A stretch of DNA of 64,000 bases from Anaeramoeba ignava BMAN. Taxonomy: Eukaryota; Protista; Anaeramoebae. Of this stretch, positions 40,119-54,709 are shown piece after piece; position 1 is the first letter of the stretch; each line of letters begins with the position of its first letter. Where the stretch lies: positions 1 to 64,000 of the forward strand of contig JAPDFW010000144.1 of NCBI GenBank assembly GCA_028826165.1, written 5' to 3'. Both the position numbers and the translations under genes were made by a program. Below the pieces are notes generated by a model. The model was not told the DNA's origin and ran no database searches. It saw only the letters and a list, made by a program, of their open reading frames with translations.

Positions 40119-43100
40119 TTTTTAATTTAAATTTAAATTTAAATTTGTTATTTTAATTTTTTAAAAATAAATATATTTAAATTAATTATTAAAATTATTT
40201 TATTAAATTTATATTAATAATTTTAATAATATTATATTAATATTTATAAATAAATTTAAATAAAATAATATAAATATAAATAAATATATTATTAAATATA
40301 TATTTAATTTAATTTATTAATTTAATAAATTTTATTCCACTTTTTATTTATTTAATCATTTAAATATAAATATATAAATAAATAAATATAAATATAAAGT
40401 TCACGTGCTCAACCGTTACACTACAACATCTTTTTAATTTAAATTTAAATTTTAAATTTGTTATTTTAATTTTTAAAAATAAATATATTTAAATTAATTA
40501 TTAAAATTAATTTATTAAATTTATATCAATAATTTTAATAATATTATATTATTATTTATAAATAAATTTAATTAAAATAATATAAATATAAATAAATATA
40601 TTATTAAATATATATTTAATTTAATTTATTAATTTAATAAATTATATTCCACTTTTTATTTATTTAATCATTTAAATATAAATAAAAATATAAATAAATA
40701 AATATAAATAATTCAAATTTAAATTTTAAATTTGTTTTTAATTTTTAAAAATAAATATATTTAAATAAATTATTAAAATTATTTTATTAAATTTATATCA
40801 ATAATTTTAATAATAATATATTAATATTTATAAATAAATTTAAATAAAATAATATAGATATAAATAAATATATTATTAAATATATATTTAATTTAATTTA
40901 TTAATTTAATAAATTTTATTCACTTTTTATTTATTTAATCATTTTAAATAAATAAATAAATAAAATAAATAAATAAATAAATAAATAAATATAAATAAAT
41001 AAATAAATAAATAAATAAATATAAATATAAAGTTCACGTGCTCAACCGTTACACTACAACATCTTTTTTAATTTAAATTTAAATTTTAAATTTGTTATTT
41101 TAATTTTTAAAAATAAATATATTTAAATAAAATATTAAAATTATTTTATTAAATTTATATTAATAATTTTAATAATATTATATTAATATTTATAAATAAA
41201 TTTAATTAAATAATATAAATATAAATAAATATATTATTAAATATATATTTAATTTAATTTATTAATTTAATAAATTATATTCCACTTTTTATTTATTTAA
41301 TCATTTAAATATAAATATAAATATAAATAAATATAAATATAAAGTTCACGTGCTCAACCGTTACACTACAACATCTTTTTAATTTAAATTTAAATTTAAA
41401 TTTGTTATTTTAATTTTTTAAAAATGAATATATTTAAATAAAATATTAAAATTATTTTATTAAATTTATATTAATAATTTTAATAATATTATATTAATAT
41501 TTATAAATAAATTTAAATAAAATATATAAATATAAATAAATATATTATTAAATATATATTTAATTTAATTTATTAATTTAATAAATTATATTCCACTTTT
41601 TATTTATTTAATCATTTAAATATAAATATAAATAAATATAAATAAATATATAAATAAATATAAATATAAAGTTCACGTGCTCAACCGTTACACTACAACA
41701 TCTTTTTAATTTAAATTTAAATTTTAAATTTGTTATTTTAATTTTTTAAAAATAAATATATTTAAATTAAATTATTAAAATTATTTTAATAAATTTATAT
41801 TAATAATTTTAATAATATTATATTAATATTTATAAATAAATTTAAATAAATATATAAATATAAATAAATATATTATTAAATATATATTTAATTTATTTTA
41901 TTAATTTGATAAATTATATTCCACTTTTTATTTATTTAATCATTTAAATAAATAAATAAATATAAATAAATAAATAAATATAAAGTTCACGTGCTCAACC
42001 GTTACACTACAACATCTTTTTAATTTAAATTTTAAATTTGTTATTTTAATTTTTAAAAATAAATATATTTAAATTAATTATTAAAATTATTTTAATAAAT
42101 TTTATATTAATAATTTTAATAATATTATATTAATATTTATAAATATATTTAAATAAATAATATAAAATATATATAAATAAATATATTATTAAATATATAT
42201 TTAATTTAATTTATTAATTTAATAAATTTTATTCCACTTTTTATTTATTTAATCATTTAAATATAAATAAATATAAATAAATATAAATAAATAAATAAAT
42301 ATAAAGTTCACGTGCTCAACCGTTACACTACAACATCTTTTTAATTTAAATTTTAAATTTAAAATTTGTTATTTTAATTTTTTAAAAATAAATATATTTA
42401 AATAAAATATTAAAATTATTTTAATAAATTTATATTAATAATATTAATAATAATATATTAATATTTATAAATAAATTTAATTAAAATAATATAAATAAAA
42501 ATAAATATATTATTAAATATATATTTAATTTAATTTATTAATTTAATAAATTTTATTCCACTTTTTATTTATTTAATCATTTAAATATAAATATAAATAT
42601 AAATAAATAAATAAATATAAATATAAAGTTCACGTGCTCAACCGTTACACTACAACATCTTTTTAATTTAAATTTAAATTTTAAATTTGTTATTTTAAAT
42701 TTTTAAAAATAAATATATTTAAATAAAATATTAAAATTAATTTAATAAATTTATATTAATAATTTTAATAACATTATATTAATATTTATAAATAAATTTA
42801 ATTAAAAATATATAAATATAAATAAATTTATTATTAAATATATATTTAATTTAATTTATTAATTTAATAAATTATATTCCACTTTTTATTTATTTAATCA
42901 TTTAAATATAAATAAATATAAATAAATAAATATAAATAAATGTAAAGTTCACGTGCTCAACCGTTACACTACAACATCTTTTTAATTTAAATTTAAATTT
43001 TAAATTTGTTATTTTAATTTTTTAAAAATAAATATATTTAAATTAATTATTAAAATTATTTTAATAAATTTATATTAATAATATTAATAATAATATATTA

Positions 43101-46100
43101 TTATTTATAAATAAATTTAAATAAATAATTTAAATAAAAATAAATATATTATTAAATATATATTTAATTTATTTTATTAATTTAATAAATTTTATTCCAC
43201 TTTTTATTTATTTAATCATTTAAATATAAATAAATATAAATAAATAAATATAAATAAATGTAAAGTTCACGTGCTCAACCGTTACACTACAACATCTTTT
43301 TAATTTAAATTTGTTATTTAAATTTGTTATTTTAATTTTTAAAAATAAATATATTTAAATAAAATATTAAAATTAATTTTAATAAATTTATATTAATAAT
43401 TTTAATAATATTATATTATTATTTATAAATAAATTTAATTAAATAATATAAATAAAAATAAATATATTATTAAATATATATTTAATTTAATTTATTAATT
43501 TAATAAATTTTATTCCACTTTTTATTTATTTAATCATTTAAATATAAATAAATATAAATAAATAAATAAATATAAATATAAAGTTCACGTGCTCAACCGT
43601 TACACTACAACATCTTTTTAATTTAAATTTAAATTTTAAATTTGTTATTTTAATTTTTTAAAAATAAATATATTTAAATAAAATATTAAAATTATTTTAA
43701 TAAATTTATATTAATAATATTAATAATATTATATTAATATTTATAAATAAATTTAAATAAATAATATAAATAGAAATAAATATATTATTAAATATATATT
43801 TAATTTAATTTATTAATTTAATAAATTATATTCCACTTTTTATTTATTTAATCATTTAAATATAAATATAATTAAATATAAATATAAATAAATATAAATA
43901 AATATAAAGTTCACGTGCTCAACCGTTACACTACAACATCTTTTTATTTTAAATTTAAATTTTAAATTTGTTATTTTAATTTTTTAAAAATAAATATATT
44001 TAAATTAAATATTAAAATTATTTTAATAAATTTATATTAATAATTTTAATAATATTATATTAATATTTATAAATAAATTTAATTAAATAATTTAAATATA
44101 AATAAATATATTATTAAATATATATTTAATTTATTTTATTAATTTAATAAATTTTATTCCACTTTTTATTTATTTAATCATTTAAATATAAATAAATATA
44201 AATAAATATAAATAAATAAATGTAAAGTTCACGTGCTCAACCGTTACACTACAACATCTTTTTAATTTAAATTTAAATTTTAAATTTGTTATTTTAATTT
44301 TTTAAAAATAAATATATTTAAATAAATTATTAAAATTATTTTAATAAATTTATATTAATAATATTAATAATATTATATTAATATTTATAAATAAATTTAA
44401 ATTAAATAATATAAATAAAAATAAATATATTATTAAATATATATTTAATTTAATTTATTAATTTAATAAATTATATTCCACTTTTTATTTATTTAATCAT
44501 TTAAATATAAATAAATATAAATAAATAAATATAAATAAATAAATAAATATAAATATAAAGTTCACGTGCTCAACCGTTACACTACAACATCTTTTTAATT
44601 TAAATTTAAATTTAAATTTGTTATTTTAATTTTTTAAAAATAAATATATTTAAATAAAATATTAAAATTAATTTAATAAATTTATATTAATAATTTTAAT
44701 AATATTATATTATTATTTATAAATAAATTTAAATTAAATAATATAAATAAAAATAAATATATTATTAAATATATATTTAATTTAATTTATTAATTTAATA
44801 AATTATATTCCACTTTTTATTTATTTAATCATTTAAATATAAATAAATATAAATAAATAATATAAATAAATAAATAAATATAAATATAAAGTTCACGTGC
44901 TCAACCGTTACACTACAACATCTTTTTAATTTAAATTTAAATTTGTTATTTTAATTTTTTAAAAATAAATATATTTAAATAAAATTATTAAAATTAATTT
45001 AATAAATTTATATTAATAATTTTAATAATATTATATTAATATTTATAAATAAAAATTTAATTAAATAATATAAATATAAATAAATATATTATTAAATATA
45101 TATTTAATTTAATTTATTAATTTAATAAATTTTATTCCACTTTTTATTTATTTAATCATTTAAATATATATAAATATATATAAATATAAATATAAATAAA
45201 TAAATAAATATAAAGTTCACGTGCTCAACCGTTACACTACAACATCTTTTTAATTTAAATTTAAATTTTAAATTTGTTATTTTAATTTTTTAAAAATAAA
45301 TATATTTAAATAAAATATTAAAATTAATTTTAATAAATTTATATTAATAATTTTAATAATATTATATTATTATTTATAAATAAATTTAAATAAATAATAT
45401 ATAAATAAAAATAAATATATTATTAAATATATATTTAATTTAATTTATTAATTTAATAAATTATATTCCACTTTTTATTTATTTAATCATTTAAATATAA
45501 ATAAATATAAATATATAAATATAAATATAAAGTTCACGTGCTCAACCGTTACACTACAACATCTTTTTAATTTAAATTTAAATTTAAATTTAAATTTGTT
45601 ATTTTAATTTTTAAAAATAAATATATTTAAATAAAATATTAAAATTATTTTAATAAATTTATATTAATAATTTTAATAATATTATATTATTATTTATAAA
45701 TAAATTTAATTAAATAATATAAAATAAAAATAAATATATTATTAAATATATATTTAATTTAATTTAATTTATTAATTTAATAAATTTTATTCCACTTTTT
45801 TTATTTATTTAATCATTTAAATATAAATAAATATAAATAAATAAATAAATATAAATATAAATATAAAGTTCACGTGCTCAACCGTTACACTACAACATCT
45901 TTTTAATTTAAATTTAAATTTAAATTTGTTATTTTAATTTTTTAAAAATAAATATATTTAAATAAAATATTAAAATTATTTTAATAAATTTATATTAATA
46001 ATATTAATAATATTATATTAATATTTATAAATAAATTTAATTAAATAATATAAATAAAAATAAATATATTATTAAATATATATTTAATTTAATTTATTAA

Positions 46101-46200
46101 TTTGATAAATTTTATTCCACTTTTTTTTATTTAATCATTTAAATTTAAATATAAAAATAAATATAAATAAATATAAATAATTCAAATCAAATTTAAATTT
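40119..46200 (-). repeat. ~320 bp tandem array, about 19 units, 17 of which carry the 5' half of tRNA-Val
   Basis: The tRNA position-1 G of each half lies at 40430, 41063, 41375, 41702, 42016, 42337, 42659, 42978, 43296, 43614, 43940, 44258, 44591, 44922, 45246, 45563 and 45899. The unit near 40710 lacks the tRNA piece. Confidence 0.97.
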
Positions 46201-46591
46201 GTTTTTTGTGTTTAATTATGATCAAAAAAAAAAAATAATAAAAAGAAATCTTTGATCAAACTGCCATCTAAAAGAAAAAATTTTTCCAACACAACCCAAA
46301 ATTTAATTAATTTTTAATTAAAAATTAAATAGCAAATGATTAATAAGAAATAATAAAAAAAAATAGAATGATTAATAACAAATTTTTTTTTAAAAAGAAA
46401 AGAGAAAAGAAGTTTCAAAAAAAAAAAACAAAAAATAAATCCAAATTTGATCAATTCAAAGATAAAAAAAAATTTACAAATAAAAAAATCCTTTCATCAT
46501 TTTTTTTAAATTCATTTTTTTCATCTTTTTCTTTTTTCTTTTTTTTTTTACTTTTTATTTGAGAAATTAAAAAAAAAATACTTAATTTAAC

Positions 46592-49500
46592 ATGAAAAAA
46601 ACAAACAAAAAAAATAATAATAACAATAATAACAATAATAATAATTATTATAACAATAACAATAACATAAAAATTCAACAAAATTCACAACTCTCACCAT
46701 CACAAATTATATCTCCAATTCCAAAGAACCAAATACAACATACAGAACTTTCAGAAAACACAATATTCAGTTATTTTTCAGGTTCCAAAATATATACAGT
46801 AAACCATCATTTGCACCCAATTGCGCAAATTTCTCTCAAGGACTCTTTCCCTATTAGACTTTCTTGGTCTCATTCCAAACATCTTGTAATTTTTTTTTTT
46901 ATATTTTCTTGATTTTTTATTTTTTATATATTTTTTATTTTTTATATATTTTTTTCTTTTTTATCTTAAAAAATTTCTTCTTCTTCCTGATAATTTTTCT
47001 CAAAAAAACCAAAAAACAAAAAAATGCAAATATACCAATATTTAATTATGTATTCTAGCTTGCTGTGGCAAGAACTTCTGACATCCAAATTTATCATTTG
47101 TTTTACCAAAATGGAGACTATCGTTTTTCGCTTTTTGCCACTTTGAAATACAAAGCAACCCAAATGTTCTGGTCTCCTCTTGACCGCTACTTTTCCATTT
47201 ATTCGGAGAATCTAGTCATTCTTAGAATCAACGAAGAAAACCAATTCGAAAAATATTTTCAAATTCCCATTTTTTCCCCAATTATTGACTCACAATTTTC
47301 TCCAGATGAAAGACTATTTTTTACAGTTTGCCAAAATGATCCATTTGTTAAAATTTGGTTCAATCAATCCAAATGTAACCGATTAATTTTTTTACAATTT
47401 AAAATGTGATAATTTTTTAACTCGACAAAATTTGAAAAAAAAATAATTTTTTTTTTAAAAATTAATTTAGCAAAAACAAAACTCAACTTTATTTATCTGA
47501 GACATCCAGCAAAAGTACTAAATGCTCAATGGAGGACAGGATACCCATTAATTTCTACAGTTCCAAGAAAGCAAAACTTACTTACATCATGTGCAGATGG
47601 ATTATTAAGAATTTGGACAGAAGCAAATTTTTATGAACCGTTTATGTTTCTTCATAGTTGTATTTTAGAAAGCGTTCCGAACACTTTAGTTTGTTGGCTG
47701 AACGCGAATATTTCTTCGCCAGCCAAAAAGGAGGATATTAAATTTTTCCCTATTCCTGAAAAGAATCCAAATTTTCAAATCAACGAAAATGAAAATTTTT
47801 CAAAAGAAAAAAATCCAATCCAAACAAATCCAAAATTAAGAATTGAATATCAAAAAAACAATTTCATTTCGAGTTTTCATCAACATGAATATTATTCGCC
47901 AGAAAATCACGAGGTTGAATATTTTATTGAAACTCCTTCAGAAAGAACTCGTGATTTAATTCTTGGAATTGATCCTGAAGGAACAATTATAATTTGGCTT
48001 ATTAAAGGATTATCAGAACAATCTAGAAAAATACCCAAAATCAAAGAATTTGCGAAATTCTATTATGCAATTAAACTGATCAATCCTCAATCTCAAATAA
48101 CCCATTTTTATGTTTCTCAAAAAAGCTTCAAATCATGGCCGTCTTTTCTTGCTGGCGACCATAAAACATTACTACCAAGTCACTTGAAAATTTTCACTCA
48201 AATCACTCATAATAATGTTTCATCTGATAATGATCCTTTAACTGAATTTACTTTTTGGGAATTGGAATTTGGCAAAGAAATCAAAAATAGATATAAAAGA
48301 TCCAATAATCCATCAAGAAACCATAAAAAGACAAATCCTATTTCTTTTCATAAGTTTCATCGGTTTCAAATATCATATTCACAAGATACAATTCATATTA
48401 AAGATCATATTCAAGAAAAAGAAAATCAAAATCAAAATATAAAAGAAAATCAAAATATAAAAGAAAATCAAAAAGAAAATATAAAAGAAAATCAAAATAT
48501 AAAAGAAAATCAAAAAGAAAATATAAAAGAAAATCAAAATCAAAATCAAAATATAAAAGAAAATCAAAATATAAAAGAAAATACTGACACAATTCATCAT
48601 ACTCTCCAAATTCTCAATTCTCCAATTACCTTACGCTCCAAAATAATCGGACATCCAAGTGAAATCATCAGAATAATTTCTCATAGTAATCTTCCAATAA
48701 TTGGATCTCTTGATATTAAAGGAAATTGTTTTATATGGGTTTATTCTGAATCAAGTTTCCAAACACATTCAAAATATCTTCGTATTCTAGGGTGTTTGAA
48801 CATGATTCCAAATGACAAAACTGTTTCTCCAAATAGTAAATTCAAGAATATTTTTTCTCTCCAGAAATTCCTCTTCTTTTTGCTCAAGATGCTAATGGAT
48901 TGCATTGCTTTTATGTTGACATTCATCTTGAAAACACAGCACATTCTCCTTTTAAATATTTGGGTGAGGTTTTAAATGCTCATGAATATAGTACAAAAAA
49001 TGATATTCTTAATGTTCAAATATTCATATCAACCCAAAAAAACCTTTTTTTGATTCTTTGCTTTGCTTCTTTTGATAGAAAGAATTTAGTTTTAAAGAAA
49101 ATCCCATTTTATCAAAAAAAAAACAAATTCAAAATTACTATTGATCCCAATTCAAACAATAAAATTGAAATTGGGATTGAATCCAATCAAGAAATTGCAA
49201 GTATTGCATCCACAGAGGATATTTGTCTGAGTTGTATTCCAGATTCATTGTTTAATCTCCTTGTAGCTGATTGCTCTGGAATTATCCATTTTTTCTCAAT
49301 AACATTAACAAATGAAGATGTAAATGAAAATTCATTCGGTTTTAATTGCAAAAAAATCCTCAAATTCCAAACTTTCCAAAAAAAAATCTCGAATATCAAA
49401 ACTCTAAATATTGATAAATTCGCAACTTTCAGTGCAAGTGATTCTTGCATTTGTATTTGGGCACTCAAGTCTTCATTTTCTGATTTCTATTTAGAACAAA

Positions 49501-52500
49501 AAATCAAAATCACAAAACCAATTCAACAAATGGATGCACAATTTGAATGGTTTGATCTCCACAATAACACAAATATCCTCACTGTTTGTGACGGTGCAAA
49601 AATTGTAATTTATGGCCCAAAACCTATTTTGCATCGCACAAACTTACAGAAATTAACTCCACAAAATGAAAAGGAAGAAAACCAAGAAACATCTCAACAA
49701 AAAAATAACTATTGGGAACCATTAGCAGAATTTGCTAATAAGGATTCTCAAAAAACCCCATTTCGCACATTTCAATGGAGCACAACAGGATTGCTTTTGG
49801 CAAGTTGCAAAGACACAATATATGTTGTTAACTCAATAAAGAAAACCAAAGAACAAATCAATGATGATTATTCTGATTCTGGAAAAGAAACTATTCTCGA
49901 ATTGATTCACCATCAAACAAAACTCTTGCCTTATTATCATTCTCAAAACCTCATCTCAGATCTTAAAGCAGGCAATTTCCAGCGACTTGATGCCTTGATT
50001 AAACATTTTTTTCAGTTTCTTCAACAGAAAATTGAAAATAACCAAAATATGATTCCTGATATTGAAGAAATGTTCAATTTCCATAAAAACAGCAACGAAA
50101 CAAAACAGAATTACGAAGACATATTCGAATTAAAAATCGAAAATGAAAATCAAAATGAAAATGAAAATCAAAATGAAAATCAAAATCAACCAGACAAAAA
50201 AGAAATTCTTGAGAAAATCAAATACTGGATTACTCAAGTCGATCTTTTCCCATCTCACGAATATCCAAAAGAGGAAGTTATCAAATTGATTTCTTTGATT
50301 GAACTTTTCTTCATGAAAGACAACCTCAAAGGAGCCTTGGATGATTTAGCCTTCCATTTCTTTTTGCAATTCAAATACAATCAAATTCTCAAAGAGAATG
50401 AACAACAATTCCAAATGAAAGAAGTTGAAGAACAAGATGATCAACAGGAAACCATTGGAAACATTGAATCGCAACAAGATTCAAGCATTGAGCACTACTA
50501 TTTCTCATCATCTGATATTGCTTGGGCTTTTCTTTCAGAATCCCAAGAGCAGCTAATAGAGAGTTGCTTGACATCTCCCGAGTTATTTCAATGGAAAAAT
50601 GTCAGAACACTTGGATGCGGTTATTGGATCAAATCACCCCAAAATCTCCAATCTCTTGCTGAGAAAATAGCCATTTCTGAATTCAAAAAAACTGGAGATC
50701 CTGAAGATTGCGCTTTATTTTATTTGGCAATGAGAAAGGTTTCTATTCTTTCAGGAATTTATAAAACAACCAAAGATTTCAAGCTTTCCAAATTCTTGCA
50801 AAACAACTTCCAAGAGGAAAGATGGAAAAGTGCAACCTTGAAGAATATTTACAAATTATTAGGATTTCGCAAATTTAAAATTGCTGCTAGTTTCTTTTTG
50901 TTAATAGGAAGAGTAGAAGATTCTATTAGTATTATTATCAAGAATATCCAAGATATTCAACTTGCTGTTTTTGTTGCAAGATTGTATTTAAGCGACCAAG
51001 ATGAAGCTTTCCAAAAATTAGTTTTTGAAAAATTTCTTCCTTTAGCAACAAATCAACAAGATGTATTTATTCAATTTATATTCAATTTCTGGGTCAAGAA
51101 ATATCAAGAATCTATTAATTGTTTACTTGGGATTTCTATCCAAAATACGCACAATTTGAAAGATATTGAGAAGGAAAATACAGATTTCAGATCAATCAAT
51201 CAACCTGGTGATTCTTCAATTATTCAATTCATCCAAATAATCAAACAAAATGAATTTATGAGAAATATTCAAATTCCAAAAGAGTTTTTTATAAATTATT
51301 ATAAGAATTTATTCCAATTACATGCAAAGCAAGGTTCTTCATTTCTTGCATTTGAGAGTTTGAAGCGTTTGGATGAATTATTAAATGGAGATTCTAAAAA
51401 AGATGATGAAAATACAGATTTTGAAAAAGATGATGAAAATACAGATTCTAAAAAAGATGATGAAAATACAGATGAAATTTTTGAAAATGATAATTCAAAT
51501 TTTGAAAATGATAATTCAAATTTTACAAATGATAATTCAAATTTTGAAAATGATAATTCAAATTTTACAAATGAAAATTCAGAAGATGAACTTGATGGTT
51601 TTGATTATGGTTATGGAGTTGGTTTTGGTGCTGTAAATAGATCTAATTTTATGTATGGAATTGATCTTGATAAAATTGAAGAAAATCAAATTGAAAATCA
51701 AATTGAAAATCAAAATAAAAATCAAAATAAAAATGAAAATGAAAATCAAAATGAAAATCAAATTGAAAATGAAAATGAAAATGAAAATGAAAATGAAATT
51801 CAAATTCAAAATCAAAATAGAAATCAAATTGAAAATCAAATTAAAAAAGGATTTCTTACAAAAGATTTATCAAGAGATGTTATAAAACACTTCCAAATTG
51901 AATTCTCCTTAGAATTGTTATCAGAATTTCTCCCACAAACAACACTAGAATTTTCATCCTTAGTTTTACCATTGCAATCAAACCCAAACAAAACACAAAA
52001 AAACTCTCATTTATTTGATGATAAGCCTTTCCAACAATTTTATCGGAATTTACACTTTATATCAAGTTATTTTAAAATACCAAAGAAAATATTAAAAAAT
52101 AGATTGATAAAATTTTGCCATTTAAGAAATGTTGATTATCCAGGTTATCTTTTCTCAAAGAAAAAAGAGAGAAAAGTTTATTATATCGAGATTCTTTCAG
52201 ATCAGATTTCGAACATAATTGAAGATAATGATATTGACCTTATCCACAAATTACCCAAAAAGAAAATTTTTGCATTTGCTCAATCGCTTTTGATTTTATA
52301 CAGATTGAGAAAATCAGCACAAAAAACAAAAGATCCAAGCCTGGAAAAAACTATTGCAAAAGCAACTTTTACATTGTATTTTGGGATATTCATTCTGGGG
52401 TTTATGGAAAGAAAATATGATATTATAAGAGATTTCTTGGCAAAAGAACCAAACGAAAAACATATGTTTCGGGAAGTGATTAAAAAATTGGAAGCGTTTA

Positions 52501-54680
52501 TCCAAGAATATATTCGCAACCATTTCCATCCGGATAATTTTGCTGGAATGGAAAGAGCCAAAACAGAAGATGATCTTTATGATTTGGAATTGAAGCAGAG
52601 ATTGGGGTTGATCGATAAACAGGAAATCAATAATGAGCAATTTGAATTGGAAAATATCAATACAAATATAAAATTGGAACAAAAAAAGCAACAAAAACAG
52701 GATGAGATGAGAGGAAAACAGAGCAAAGTTTTTTGTTCCTCATTAACCAATATCAGCAATGTTGCATTTCACTTATCCAAATTAACTGTTCTTCATTTTT
52801 TCAAGACACAATTAAAAATACAATTTGTGAAATGTTTTGGGACTGAAATGATTGAAACATCCCAAATGGAAAACCCGATTGAATCCGAGCAACAAATTTT
52901 AATATCAATGGAACATCTTAATTCGGAGGTGCGGAACCATCTTGTTCAATTTTATCAGCAAAATATAGACACAATCCATAGTTTTGCGTTGTTTATTGAA
53001 GAAATTCTCCACTTTAATTTCCAAGACGAAAAACACAATCGTTTGTGGAATTTTATGAGAACAAAATATAAGCATATCATTTTGGAAGTGATTCAAAATA
53101 GCATTTGCAGATCAAGATTCCATCATTTTGGAAGAGAAAGTTATAAGAGCCATCTCACAAAAAAACACTCATCAGAACCACCAATAGAGCAAACAGGACC
53201 ACGAGTTTTGGTCAACTCTATGGGACTATTCCGCTCATTTTGCATCAACAATCTCGACAAGAATCAATTCGCAATTGCAAGTACAAAAGGACTTCTTGAT
53301 ATTTCGATTGGAGACTCAGAAAATGAAAGATTTTTCCAACTTTATCACGAATATTTGGAACATGAATCCCTAACAAATCCTTCATCTTTCCATTTTTCTC
53401 AATGCGACTCTTCTCGAATCCCTAATTTGCATTCCCAATTAGATCTCAGGCCAAAACATCAATCTCAATATCAACACAAAAATAAAGAACAACAGAAACA
53501 AAACGATTTGGTTTCACCTACAAAAAAGAAAATTAAGAAAAAATTCCGCAACAAAAAGAACCAACCCAAAATTGCCCATAATTTGGAGAATTTTGAGAAT
53601 TTGGAACAAAAAACCGTTTTGGACGCACATTTTTTCAATGAAAAATTAAGTTGTTTGGATCGACCAATGCGTTACAAACTTTTGATTGATCTACCTAACT
53701 TGAAAATTCCCGAAAAACTAATTTCTGGACCTGTTTATAAATTTACAAAAAGTAGATTTTTAGTGGATGATCGAAGCCAATATTTGACGCAAAAGAAGCG
53801 CAAGATATACTCGTTGGTTTCAAGAGCAAAGCCGTGGAACTCTGCCAATTTCACGCTTGAGTCACACCATTCGAGTTGGGTTGAATCTCATCCAAAATCA
53901 CCCTTTTATATTTCATCAGGATTAAATGGAAGATTATTTTTTTTCGAATTCCAGAAAAAAATGCCACTTTATGAAATACAAAAACAGACGAACAAAAAAA
54001 TTCTCAAGGTGAATTTCACGCCTGATGGAAGACAATTTGGGGTTTCTGATGTTTCTGGGTTTGTGCGTTTGTGGAATTGCGACCACAAACAAAACGAACC
54101 GTTTCAACCTTTTTACAGTCTTGAATGTCATCTAAAAAGAGCGAATGATTTTTTGTTCATCAATTCAGGAAGTGTGATTGCAACTGTTGGCAAAACAGAT
54201 TCAAACACAGAAAACATCTCTTTATGGGATACACTTATGCCACCTATGAATAACCGAATTGCAAAATTTGACGTTTTAAATGATGGAAGTGCTTCATCAC
54301 TTGCGTTTTCCAAAAAATACAATCTTCTTATTTGCGGAGGAAAAAAAGGAAGTCTTCATGTTTTTGATCTTCGGAAATCACAGTTGCTTTTTTCTTCCAA
54401 ACGCAATCATAAAACAACTATCAAAACAATTGCGATTAATCATGATGAATCAGTTGTTTTTACTGGCGCAACTGATGGGTCAATAAACGCTTATGATTTG
54501 CCTTCTTTTAAACTTTTGGAGCAATTTAAAAGTGAGCATTCAAAAAGACTTCGTTTTAGAGATAAAGTTTCAACAAAAACAGTTGCTGCTTATGGTGTTA
54601 CTAGGATTATATCTTCTGGTGATGAAATTATTTCTTCTGGTGCTGATGGCAAAATTATTGCAAGACATTTCCAAAATTGA
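46592..54680 (+). CDS. DMXL: DmX-like/Rabconnectin-3alpha/Rav1 WD40 protein, 3 exons, one probable indel near 48850
   Basis: N-terminal WD40s (YLRHPAKV..WR, LLTSCADGLLRIW), a Rav1p_C region (LPYYH, DIAWAFLSESQEQL, LGCGYWI, DPEDCALFYLAMRK, NNFQEERWKSATLKN, AASFFLL, DIQLAVFVARL) and C-terminal WD40s (ISLWDTLMPP, SSGADG). Confidence 0.92.
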
Positions 54681-54709
54681 TGATTATTTTTTCTTTTTTT
54701 CTTTTTGTT

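Noticed and set aside
40119-46200. CRISPR array (invariant ~36-nt repeat with spacers)
   Set aside because: The repeat is tRNA-derived, the spacers are ~285 nt and homologous to one another, no cas genes are present, and the context is eukaryotic.
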